This document shows, in pieces, positions 1 through 12,207 of a DNA stretch of 64,000 nt. The translations under genes were made by a program, and so were the position numbers. Origin of the DNA: Lepidodermella squamata (lineage: Eukaryota; Animalia; Gastrotricha); contig JBLDXI010000017.1 in the NCBI GenBank assembly GCA_047495785.1, positions 3,782,001 through 3,846,000 of the forward strand, read 5' to 3'. The notes below the pieces were generated by a model that worked only from the letters and a program-made list of their open reading frames with translations, ran no database searches and was not told where the DNA came from. Every line of letters starts with the position of its first letter. The first letter of the stretch is position 1.

Positions 1-2590
1 GGTGAGCGCCGGCAAACGTCAAAGTCGAGCGCTCGGAAATAGAGGGTGAAAGCGACGATTGAGAGTTTGATTGGTTATTGCGTGCGTTGTTCGGGCGGCA
101 ATCATTCCCGACCTTCTGTCCACATCGCTTGTGGACGTTCATACCACAGTTGCTGCATTTTATACCCTGGAAAAAGCGCAATTCAAACTTGTATAAAGGC
201 AGCAGAAGAATAAATTACTTGTCTGACGAGACCCCAAATGAATTCACCGCAGAAATCTGTCGAAAGAGAAGGATAAAAACAAACTTGAAGCGCGCGACGA
301 CTCTCGAAGAAACCTACCACAAAAGTGCGGTGTTTTGTAAGTGTGCACCTCAAAATTATGACACGTAGCAACAGCGCCCGAAGAAACCAATGAGCCAGAC
401 GAAGTAGACATTTGCGAATCCATACACAGCTTATTTGTAGGCACGTGAATGAAAAAAGAGCGCCTCGAACTTCAATCACTGTGAATGAAGCGCGTCGCCC
501 GCTGAAAAGAAGCTGCTAGGGGTATTCCGCTTTCCAAAGAAGAAGTTCATACAAAAGATGTATAAATATATATGTAATATGTACCTAAGCGGATAAAAAA
601 TCGTCAAATCAGTTATCAGAGTTCATCAGCTACAGCCGCGAGAATAAACCACGCTTATAAAAAGCGCATGTGTGAATTCACTTCGCGTGACTGTTTTTCC
701 GAATTTAAACAGCGTGAAAGGGCGTCAAGCGCGCATGCGAACCGATGAAATGAATCTAAGAATCGACAAGCGGCTCAAAAGGGTGCATATGGTCGAGTGC
801 GTCGCCAGTACGCCGTATTACTTTAGAAAAGAAACAATGCGGCTCCTGTTCTGCGCTTCGAATCAACTAATCTGGAAAAACAGCCGCAGACAACGAGGAA
901 TTAGTTGCAGTAGCACAGTTAGAGAGACTAAATAGAAATAATATAACGCTAATAATCATGGTCGATGATAAGAAACAAAATAAATATCGATTTTTTTGTG
1001 CGCTTTTTAATCTAGCTAGGGCGATTATTGAAACTCAAAACGTAAATACAATGTTCTGCACGCGCAACTGTCTTCCTACGCATCCTTCCACACTTGTCGC
1101 CAGACGTTGTCATCCATTGGGGAGAGAGAAATCCTACCGCTTTTCTTTAGAGCGCCGTAGCTCATCATAGCGCAAATTCACCGCAACAAAGCCACGGACG
1201 ATATGTAGTTCATGAATGAATATCATGGGGCCTGGGCCTGTAACTGCCTATAGCCAAGCGCGAAATACATGCGAAAAAAATCATGCCACATCACTATTTC
1301 TCACGTTAACTAGATGTGCAAGAAATGGACCATGCGAATAGCGTTAAGTATACATATAGCGTAACATTCAAGTAGCCACGATACGACCATGACATGAGCA
1401 GGATATTTATGGGCCATCTATTTAAAGCGTTAGAGCGTCATCACAAAATTTTGACATTTTAGTAAATCAATAACGGCTGCAAACACTTCCGTACAGTTTC
1501 CGTAATATTTCATCACGAGTAATATGACAATGAGCTGAAACAGATCGATTCATAAGCTACTTCTTATCGCCAAATTTGACATACACGCGAGGGTCTACCG
1601 TACGCCACATATATACGCGAAAGCGCGAGTTGTTTCGGACGCGCCTCAGACTGCGGTGTAATGAACCAAACAAAAGCAGCTTTCCGAATTCACGCAAGGC
1701 ATTGTTTTCTTTAGTAATTCAGTTGTCGCATTTTCAGGCCCCGTGAGACAAAACCTTGCAATATAGGAACTGCCTGCCTATCAAATTTAATTCAGATCGC
1801 GTAGTGGTGGTTATTTGTCGATAACAGGGCGATAAAAGATTAGAAAATTTGTCTGCATTCGCTCCTTTGATATGCAATCTAGCGACTGCTAGGAGAGCTA
1901 ACTATCGATCGGCAGCTAGAATGCTACCTGGCGGCACACGCTCGTATATACGCTATATATTGACATCTGCGCAAAAGCAAAATCACATGCGTCTCTACTC
2001 GGAGCGCTTATGCATGTGTATTTTATCGAGAGTGAAAGTACCTGAAGGCAAGCAATGATAAATGGTGTATCATTACACAGCGAACACAGCTAGCACGTCT
2101 AATCTTTCATTATCTTCGCCAGTTTTCGCTGCTAGCTCAATCACTCGAGTAGGGAGCGCCGCATGATCTCGATCGATTCATTAAGCATAGTGATGATGAT
2201 AGATAACACACTTATCTTCTTGTGCCACGGTGCATCAGGTCGATGATGAGAGCGGGGACGGCATCATTTGCTCCCTTTTAGCATCGAAAACCGCAGCGAG
2301 TTTATTCAATGAATCTGTGTTTAATTTGATCTAAAATAGCAGAACAATAGCGTTTAACATTAAACGACACTATAAAAACGCTTCGAAAGCTGTATTTTAA
2401 AGGAGACTTGTAGACTCGGGTTAATTTTCGCGCGAATTAACAAATAGCTTCACATAGCAAACGCTGAGTTTCGGCTACGGACCATCATCGCACTATTCAT
2501 CATTCAACAGGTATTGTAATATTACAATGGTTTGATAAGCTTAGGGCAGGAGGCGAGAGTAGTTCATTAACTAAGGGCTTTGCACATAGC

Positions 2591-3062
2591 CTAGTGCGCA
2601 GACTTTTTCTCTGGGACGCTCATGCGATAAAGCCGTTCGCCCATCATCGGCACGCCCAGGATTATCAGAAACCAAATGAGGTAGTACGAAAACATATCGA
2701 TTTGGCGCTTTTGCCACACCAGCTTTCCGTCTTTCTGCAATGATATACAAAGCGAAATACGTGATCAATGCTAAGCAACAGCAGAACGCCCAGAAATGAG
2801 CGATAAACATGGAGTATCAACAAACCTGCATGAAGAAGTTTTGCAGCTCCATTATTTTGCGGTAATGCGGAGTGTTCGGAACTACACCATAGCGGCCAGC
2901 ATCTTTAGAGATATTAACCTCCAAATTCGACGGCAGAACAGGTTCTTGAAACTCCTTGGTGTACGGTGAAATATCCTTGCTCAGTGTGCGATTAAAAGCA
3001 AGTACAAGCCTCGATTGTGTAGCCAAATCTGTACAGAATTTTCGGGTAGCAGCTGAGAGCAT
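2591..3062 (-). CDS. COX7A: Cytochrome c oxidase subunit 7A family protein (COX7A/COX7A2L-like), 126 aa, 2 exons (3062-2826, 2734-2591)
   Basis: A GT-AG intron at 2825-2735 joins MLSAATRKFC...KIMELQNFFMQ to KDGKLVWQKRQIDMFSYYLIWFLIILGVPMMGERLYRMSVPEKKSAH*. This fits the COX7A pattern (ELQxFF..DG..VxxK..D, then one TM helix). The Arg/Ser/Thr-rich N-terminus resembles a mitochondrial presequence. Confidence 0.8.
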
Positions 3063-5020
3063 TGTCAGCGACGTAATTAACTTAGTATCACTAGCGACAA
3101 ATAAAAACGGTAAGCGCACAACAAGGTATGTAATATTGCAGCCTGTGTTGATCATAAAGTCATCTGCTGATCCGAAGTTTCATCTGAATACGGTATATTC
3201 ACTGAAAGGGTGGTAGCAAGCGTAACGGTGAAATGATAGAAAATATGTTCCTTCATAATTTTAACCAATGCTTATTTTGAGCAAATGTGTGATTATGGTG
3301 CTAAATCTCTCAAGATGAATTGACTTGAATAAGCATCGTGCAATGTTGCAATTTGACTGAAATTTACAATGAATTGTTAGATATGCTCTATACCGATAAA
3401 CTTCTTGAAGGAAAAAGGCGGTAAAATGGGTTGAAATATTCCAAATTGCTTTGAGATCTTTAAATGAGGAATTTGATTGAGCAACATGTGAAGATGCGAA
3501 ATTTTTTGAAAAAGCGATAGAAAATTCAGATACCTAATTCATCAAACAGCAAAAGAATTTTCAAGACTTCCTACTATTTTGAGATATAACAACAAAGTTC
3601 AGAAATACGGCACAAGTCTAAGCAAGGTCTGTGCAAGATGCAGGGCCAACTTGTCACTTTGATGACGATCATTGAAATTCGAAAGTAATATAAAGAACAC
3701 ATTGGATATCAGGTGCAATATCGAGTTTGGTATCGACTATCGATTTTTTTAATTGGTAAAACACAAGTACCGATCAGCCGTAACATCTTAATACAATAAA
3801 ATACAATACCTAAGTATACAACGCAATGTGTTTTATTGCTGTTTACCCAGTTGTATTAATTATTAACTAATTGGGTTATCATGTCAATTTAAGAGTAGCT
3901 ATATTATAACAGCCTGGGACGCAAAGAGACCAGCTACTATGCGCCCAAATGCGAGCAGCACGGAGTCTCAGTTGGATAAGTCAATATCAGTTAACTAGCG
4001 GGAATATTGCAGGGATTCGAGACTGAGATCAAGACCAAGCCAGGACATCTTCGGCCACTCAGTGGTTTTGCGTTTTGCAAATCAATTATGTTGCAAAATC
4101 CGAACTACCATTACTCACTCACGGAGAAATCTGGAGCAAAAGTAAGAGCTGAGCGGCAAGTCTCTCAAATTCTGGAAGCTCGCTTTCACCCCAAAATTAT
4201 TATTACGGTTGAGCCTAAACGAGGAGTCAAAAATTTGAAAATGTTATTCTCAGCAGCCGTTGGGTCTTTTTTTAATCGGTTTGCGCTGGGATGAGTCTTA
4301 GCTGTCTTAGGCTCCCCTTACCCCATAAAAGCTCACGATTGCGCAACACATGACCGATGAGCCATTGTTGATCGGCCGAAGTGAGCCACGATTATGTACT
4401 ATTGCAGTGCCCTTTTGATGCATACCTTCAGTTTTCCCTGTCCCAGTGTGCATAATTAACAATTTTGACCTGAAACGGGCAGTATAGGGAAAAATTACCC
4501 CGAAGAACGTAGAACAAGAATCAAAATGGAATTAGCAAATACTAAATACGTATATGTTTCGAGAAATATAACAATGGCGAGGCAATATTAGTCAGCTATT
4601 CACTATTCAATATCAATAAGTAATGGGTTTTTCTTTTTTGCGTTAGGTGTAAATAGTACTTGAGACTTCCCACTCGAGAGAGGGGAAAAATGAGAGCAGC
4701 GTTGCTACTACCACTCAAACGGCATTTAATTTAGTAGTAGTTGAGAAGGTTGAGCCGTGTCCAAGTAGCCAACTTTTTACCTAACTCTGTCAGAATCCGC
4801 AATTCTATTAGAATACCATATAATTGCTATTCGTCGCGAAAGAATACAACTGAATTGCCGAATGTTTAATCTTTGCAGTTGTTTCGCCCTCGCTGATGAG
4901 ATCTGAGATCCAAGGCATGTCTAAGCTGGAACTAGGAACTAGGTCCGATAAAAATTTGAAGTCGCATTAAACATCGGAAGAGGTACTTCAGCGATTATCG
5001 CAAAGCAATAATAACTTATA

Positions 5021-5730
5021 GATGGCTGGATTTATGAGTCCCTTCCCCAGTTTCCCTATGATAACTTGGCCATCTATTTCATGGTTAGTCTCACCAAGTC
5101 AAGATTCTTCCGCATCGCAACTGGACCGATTATCAATCTAGGTAATCGCTTAGAATCTGTTGTCGCTTGGCTTCAGCGCAGAGAGGAAACGGCATCTTCT
5201 GAAGATAAAACCCGGCTTTGCAATTTCACAGGGTCGCTCAAACCCACCAGAGTCAGACTACGCGGGACTTGCTGTTAATTCAATAATGATGCGGGGATTT
5301 TGCTCATTTGATGGATGGATGGATTTTAGACAATTCTGGACACAGACTCTGGTAACAGGGCTTTTGGGTTGATAAGTTAGGCTCACCCATAACTTAGACC
5401 TGTCACCGATAATTCGATGCTAGGCGCAGAGATGGCACAAAGAGATACAAAAATAAATCATAAAAATAGAGCTATGATCTATTTGGTCCATTCAGACAAT
5501 GGCTCGATGAAGAATTGCTGCAAGGCAAGTTGGCGGCTCTGCGACAGCAGACTTTCGAGCTGGATGGATGGATGGATGGATTTATAAGCCCAATCGCCAG
5601 TTGCCCGACGATATGCTTGGGCATCAGTTTGAGAGTTTAGCTCCCGAGTCACCGAGCGATGTTTTACACGGGCCAAGTGGCACAAAGGAGTAGAAAAATA
5701 AATTAGAAAAATATATTACGGATCTAATAA
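5021..5730 (-). repeat. Three degenerate ~270-290 bp units each bounded by (GGAT)n-TT; probable retroposon 3' ends with (ATCC)n tails on the minus strand
   Basis: GATGG(C/A)TGGATTT at ~5021, ~5310 and ~5562. A block TGGCACAAAG..AAAAATAAAT..AAAAATA..GATCTA is shared at ~5433 and ~5678. Confidence 0.45.
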
Positions 5731-6822
5731 AATAATATCTTCGAGCTGCTCTTTCGCGAATTCGACGACGTAGGCAGCTTGACGTGTGCTTTATTTGACG
5801 AGTTCATTATTTGCCGGATGAAGTCGGTTGCGCTGTTTCACGCTACCGTGCCACGATAGAGAACGGTTCGTTGACTAGTGGTGTTGCTGTGGTCAACAGG
5901 AAGACATCCTTGGGCTTTTTGACGTGTCTCCCTCGCGGCTTCTCTCTCTTTTGTGAGCTGCGGTAGGAGTTCATTTTGGTTGAGTTCATTGCATTTATCC
6001 GCCAAGCTTGAGCGTTGCAAGTGAGTCTAGATTTAGCGGAATAAGTGACGGTCGTGATTTTTTCGACATTGCAAAACCTATTAGTAATTAATTTTACGAC
6101 GCTATCAAAAATTTTAATCTAAAGACCGTCACCTCATCCCGCGTTATGCAGTCCAGTTTTGGTTTTTTTCATTTCTTTCAACATTCAGAAGGCTCGCTCG
6201 CCCTTATGCTGTTTTTCTGAGGTATGTCCAGGTGTTTGTGTCTATCTTGTATCTGTATCTGAGTACCTTCGCTGTTTTGTTTCACGTTTCACGTCTTGTT
6301 TTCTGCTTTCCTTTTTGCTTTTTTAGCAAGGAGCCAGGAGTCATCAAAATGAACATCATGACTTGAAAAGCAACAGTAATTACTATTTCTTTATCTCAGT
6401 CAAATTCCTACCGCGAAAACCTGAATTTATATATCAATAAATATGGGAATATTTTTGGCCGAAAACTCTACAGCCAGGTTTATTGCTAACCTCGTATCTT
6501 GGGTAAAATGTTTCGATAGAAGCATCGAGTATCGACGCTCACAAGTCCTAATTTGAGCTGTTTCGTAGTTCATCTTCGCTGCGTTAAGACATGCACATGC
6601 ACATCGTCGCCAAGAAATGATCGTTATAACAGTGCATTAACAGTTCAACACAATTTCTGAAATAATATTGCCATACGGCGTAGGTCAGGGGTCCAGACAA
6701 CTTATTTGTTGGCATGTTTAGTATACTTATGCCTAGTGTATAGTGTTATAGTACTATTCCAAGTGCTGCATATAATTTATTCAAAATTTGTGTTGTAGAC
6801 TGACATTTATTGTCGATCAGAA

Positions 6823-8825
6823 ATGACTGACGAAAAGTCAGATACCGTTAAAAACGATAATGTTGCCTTGCTGGAGCCTAGAGCTGCAGAACCTATCGAC
6901 AACACCCGAGTTTCTTTCCTGACAAGTGAAGACGAAGAAGCTCGCATTCGCATGGCTCTCGATCGAGGAGTTTTTATCGGCTTCACGAAGGAAGAGCTGC
7001 TGAAATTTGAGAGAGATCCAGGATGGAAAAAAATGCGAACGGGATTGCTCATTTGCTTCTGGTTAGCATGGGCTTTGCTATTATTAGCAGCTGTTGTTGT
7101 AATTATTCTAACCCCCAAGTGTCCTGGTCGTCCGACTCTTCAGTGGCCTGAAAAGTTTCCCATTTACGAGATCAACGTTCCCTCGTTCCGCATGGGCAGT
7201 CGCTGCAGCAGTTCGAGCGCCCCAGTTGGCAATGTCGACGGCATTATAGACGTAATCAATGCCCCGAGCAACAACTACTTTGATCGCATTCAACCGGCTG
7301 ATATTTTCTGGCTCCGTGGAATTACGAAGCCTCAATCCGGAACAGATGCCCCTTCTCTGGATGCGGTAGTAGCTGCCAACTTGGACAAACTCTTCGAAGC
7401 AACTAAGAAGAAGCAGAGGCGCATTCTTCTTGATTTGTTACCTTACAAAGTCAGCAATGTGGGGTCGACGCTTAAAGATTTGAAATGTGGTATTTTCTCT
7501 GGGTCGAGCCTCAAGGGATCAGAAGAGAGAAAGGACTTGGCCTGCATCAATGATGAAGCTGACGTTGACAAGTTGATTGAGTTTATTCATAAAAATCGAA
7601 ACTTTGCCAACGGTTTCGTTTTGGATTACAACCAGTGGCTTTTGAACACCAACAGCTCAGGGCCTCTTGCCAAGTCGCCTCTTGAAAAAATTGTAGATGC
7701 AGTGGTTCGCGGCAGTACCGGTGAAGCAGCAAGTGGCGACAACGCAAAACACTTGTTCATGCGCTTCCCGATTTTGGATGGGCGTTATGTATCGGGAGCC
7801 AATCGCGGCGAGTTAATCCAGACTCGAATTCGGGAGGAAGCTGTTGCCCGTAAAGCTGGAATTCGAGTTATTATTGAAACCATAGCGATGGGTTCGGACC
7901 CGGAAGGCTGCTCTAAAGTTGAGTGTCTGTCTCAGCTCGTTAACGTTGTGCAAACATTCAACAGCGATCCTATGGCAAACCCGTATCGCGCCTTTGCCAT
8001 CGATGACCCGTTGTTCAAAGGCCGGGTTAGTCCAAGTAAGGAAGAAGATAGGTTGAAATCAGCAGAGGCTCTAGCCGCATTCACCATCGCTGCCTTGCCC
8101 GGAACACCAGTCATTTACTATGGCTCGGAAATCGGCATGACGAGCGCATCCAATGCTACTGATGTCATGCAGTGGACTGATTTGAATAACAACACTTGCC
8201 CCGAAAATGGCTACATGTGCTTCTGCAACCTTGTCTGCCAAGGAGCAAACGTGAGTTGAACTCGAACAGTTTAATTTGTTTACCATGGCTATTTTTTTAT
8301 TTTCAGGGGGCTGCAAATCGCACATGCCCACTTGGTCATTTACCCGATCCTCATCTAGAGAGTGTGCGTGAGCAAGTGAGAGCCGAGTCTAGTGGCGTTT
8401 TGAAGTCAGTTGTTCAGCTGCTCATCGCCCGGCAAAACAATGACTCGTTGAGCTGGGGCAAGTCGCATATTATCATTGACAAGGATAGGCCCGCTGCCCA
8501 GAAATTCCTGGTCGCTATTCGCCGAGCGGATCAGTTTGACCGGTTTGGCCTCTTTGTCAGCCTCGGCTCAGAAAAAGATTCTGAGGCTGTTCCTCACGTT
8601 CCTGAAGAACTTGCGAATGGATGCTACCAGACAGTTTATTCATTCAGCAACGGCAAAATATCGGCCAGTGAACAGAAGCAGAAGTTCTCGCAGATGGTAA
8701 TGAAGAAGGACGAAGTGCGTCTGGTCCGCGTCAGAACTTGCGGCGCAGCGTCGATGCGCGCTGTTTCATGGACAATGCTTATCGCTTTGTTCGCTTACTT
8801 CTTCAATATGATGAACTGGCAGTGA
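6823..8825 (+). CDS. SLC3A2: SLC3 family amino-acid transporter heavy chain (4F2hc/CD98hc-like), 648 aa, 2 coding exons (6823-8250, 8307-8825)
   Basis: N-terminal FIGFTKEELLKFERDPGWKKMR motif, one TM helix, then PKC (light-chain disulfide Cys). A degenerate GH13-like ectodomain follows (IYEINVPSF, ALPGTPVIYYGSEIGM, MQW, SVREQ). A 56-nt phase-0 GT-AG intron at 8251-8306 joins the two ORFs. Confidence 0.88.
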
Positions 8826-9270
8826 GCCGATCGCCTCTGGCTAGTGAAAAACACTGTTATTACAGAGCGAAGTGTTATCGGCTATAATTTGATTGATAGG
8901 CTTATGATCTGGTTATGGTTCTCTGTTACCCATTTTAGTTTCTGTTTTCCTGAGTAGTTATCGCAACATACGCAATTAGCTTTGATTGCAAGGCATCTCC
9001 ACCAAGATGTGCTGTCGCATTTCCTTCAAACCTTCTTACTGGCTTACGGGCAAAGGATATGATAATAAAATACCCTGCATCAATTTTAACAAATGTTATT
9101 TCTCAAATATTCCCTGCAAACGTCACTCGTGATTCTGTCATGTAAAACATTATATAGAGTAAGAATCGAGGCGCGCTGGAATAATTGCAAGCGCTCGCCA
9201 AACAGCTGTTTGTTGGCATTTTATGAAATTATTTACTAAACCAATAGGGTAATAATCAATTGGCATCGAA

Positions 9271-10416
9271 ATGCCTCCAAAGAAATCAAAGTTGGCGGAG
9301 TCAGCTCCTGAAATTCCTGAGAAGAAACCTAAGACTACAAAGTCTGCTAAAAAAGTAAGTCAGTAACGTGAGTGATTATCGTTTGCTATTAGTGACGTTT
9401 TCTCAGAATGAGGGTCTTGAGATATGTGAAAAGCTGAACAAACTGTTTGCCGTTAAACGGGGAAAGCAAGCTTCGGAAAATGCAGTTGACGGCAATGGCA
9501 TTGCTGCGCTCTTAGACGAACTGTTCGAGCTTGAGCGATGGAAAGGCAAGAAAGTTGGCGTCGCACTGCTGAACCAAGATTACGCAACAACCTCACAGAT
9601 TGAACCGTCTGATTTGAAGGCTCAAGACCAAGTGGTTTACAAAGCGCTAGCTGACCATGGAAGTCTCGATGTTCGCTTGGAACTAGTGACTATTAGGGCT
9701 CATGGCAAAAGCCCCCTTCGAGGTGCCAACGACAGGCCGGAGCAACATTATCGCGCGGCTATGAAAGAAAACAAAAAAATTGATTTCGCGGTAAATGATA
9801 TCATGACTATAGCACCTTTACCGCAGCGTTTCTTACGCATATTGCTAAGCAATCTTTGCTAACAGCTAAATTTGTGACGTCATTGTTTCCCATTTTGAAA
9901 TAGATTCGACGTTACGAAGCTGACTGCATTCCAGAGAAACGTCCGCAGCATTTATGGTGCAGAACACAGGAAGAAGCTAGCACGTTCATGGCCAAATTTG
10001 ATGCACGACAAGCTGCTTTAGAACAAAAGGCCGAATTATTTTCGCTGTTCGAGGTCGGCAGAGGAGCAGACAAAGAGCAGGGAGGTTCAGTCGTCTTCAT
10101 TAACAATTGGCCGAAGGAAAAGCTGGGCCATGTCGTTCTTCGCGAGAAAGAGAAAGTTCCCATGGGAACAGAGTAAGAAATATTTTGATTAGGTACATTC
10201 TCTACGATTGTTTGGTATAGTGAGTCTTTATGTTCAATGCCTTCAGATAAATAGGTATCGGATGCCTTATCCTAATTAGAATTTTTCGGGTATATCAGAT
10301 TTGAAGTAATGGAAGTATCTAGATTTTTCTCAACAATGTTTATAGATTGATGTATGTATTTTTCCAGCTTCACGTTGTGGTACACGGCGCCAGCTCTTAT
10401 TATCGAACGACTGTAG
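9271..10416 (+). CDS. Uncharacterised protein, 261 aa, 4 exons (9271-9354, 9407-9790, 9904-10172, 10368-10416)
   Basis: GT-AG introns keep one continuous frame: MPPKKSKLAES...KK|NEGLEIC...DFA|IRRYEAD...MGT|DFTLWYTAPALIIERL*. The Lys-rich N-terminus is NLS-like. Confidence 0.75.
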
Positions 10417-10945
10417 ATCGATTTCTCGACACTCGAATTTTCGAAACATTCCAGCTCAATGGCTCAACGGCTAATTTCTGGACTTTGTCGGACTGATGTC
10501 ACAATATTCACGTTTTGTTATTGCCTAAGTGGGCCCTACTTGCCTGAAAGATACTTTGTGCTCATTGAAACACCGGTTTTCGTTCCCAACTAGTATTGTT
10601 TCGCTTTAAAGTCTAAAACTTCTGCTATGTACATGATTTTTCAAGCCTAAAATAAGGAATTCTTGTGCTTTGTTTCCTCTTGCGTTCAACAACAAATAAA
10701 ATTTAAACTGCATATAATGATAGAAATGCGTTAGCCATGGAGCTGGGTAACCGAAAGAAGTCTCCCACTTGTTGCAGTCGCAAACTATTTCAGATAAGAC
10801 GATTTATTAAAAGGAAACTCCAAGATGACAATTTACTGGTCTACTAGCAAGTTTAATATCAATGCAAGATACTATAAGGGCATTTAGCCAATCTTGAATA
10901 AGGAAGCCTCAAGTGAGAATTGATTGGAGTGTTAGAGTGCTGTTA

Positions 10946-11897
10946 TCACTTCGAGACGCTCTCCTTGAGTCGCATCATTCGCGTGAATTCTGCGAAAAGA
11001 CATTGTAAACATTAAAATTAGGTTCAGGCTAAGTAATAACGCTTTTCCACTTGCCGTTGTAATTGAGTTTTCCATCGCCATCCAGATCAGCCTCTTTGAC
11101 CATCTGTGCCACATCATCGTCTGTTATTTGTTCACCAAGACCTTCCAACACGCTTTTCAGTTCTACCGGGGAGATTAATCCATTGCCATCGCGGTCTAGC
11201 ACCCTGAAAGCCTAAACAAATGTGCGGTGTTAAAGAGTTTTAAATCGGTTATCCAATGTGACTAGACCATTCTGGTTTCTTCCTCTTCGTTCGCCTTGGC
11301 GTACAAGGTCATCATGACGAGAAACTCCGAAAATTCAAGCTCTCCATTTTCTGAGGGAGGAATGAATAATTTTATAGCTCGAATAAAAAAGGTGCGAGCT
11401 CACTGTTCATGTCAAAAGCGTTGATCATGTCCTAAGTAAAAAAAGATAAAGACGTGACCTCGACCGCGCGCTCGAAGTAATTGGTACCTTTAGTTGTTCT
11501 GAAATTTTCCATTAATAACATGTTATTACATGCATTTTTTACAAATTAGTCGAATTCATTACCTGAGTTAGGATCCAAGCCGAGAGATTTCATGACATTT
11601 CCTAATTCTTGCACGGTAATGGTCCCGCTGTTATCTGCAAATGCAACCAATCATCTTCGAATGATTTATATTATAAAACATGGCGATCAAACATACCTTT
11701 ATCAAACAAAGCGAAGGCTTGACGCAGCTCTAAATTCAAATTTTACATTGAGTTCAAAGATGAAAAGAAGTGGGGTATAATGACCATACCTTCGATTTTC
11801 TTTATCGAGAGATCATTTCCAGCCTTGATGCATATAACATATAATAATTAAATTAGGACGAGGATTACCTAACACTGAAAAATAGTTCACTTACCAT
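10946..11897 (-). CDS. Divergent calmodulin-like protein (4 EF-hands), 154 aa, 9 exons (11897-11895, 11823-11790, 11729-11697, 11634-11563, 11498-11488, 11431-11404, 11350-11268, 11211-11055, 10989-10946)
   Basis: Spliced product [154 protein letters not shown]. The first exon is ATG only, as in calmodulins. The last intron is GC-AG. Confidence 0.88.
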
Positions 11898-12207
11898 GCA
11901 GTAAATATGTTAAGCAGTTGGTTGCAACTGTCAATTTGTAATCAACTAGATCAAACGAAAAGAACTGCGTATAAGCGTTTGGCTCCGCTCACCGCTCACC
12001 GTAAATTTGGGTTGTTAACTTGCTAAAAACACTACAACGGCGGGAGAAAATTATTATGGAGAAATCAATAGAAATGCAATCGATACGTAAAATTACTAGC
12101 TGCTTATTGCTTTATAGTCAAATAACCCTAAGGCAGCCGGGAAAATATAACGGGCGAAAATCGCGCGAATAGGAAATTTCCAAGGTGACAAGCTCAGTAT
12201 CTAAGAA

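Noticed and set aside
1-2500. Short ORFs in the first 2.5 kb
   Set aside because: No motifs or coherent exon chain. Probably intronic, UTR or intergenic.
3958-4030. Degenerate Pol III A/B boxes
   Set aside because: Too degenerate to call a tRNA or SINE.
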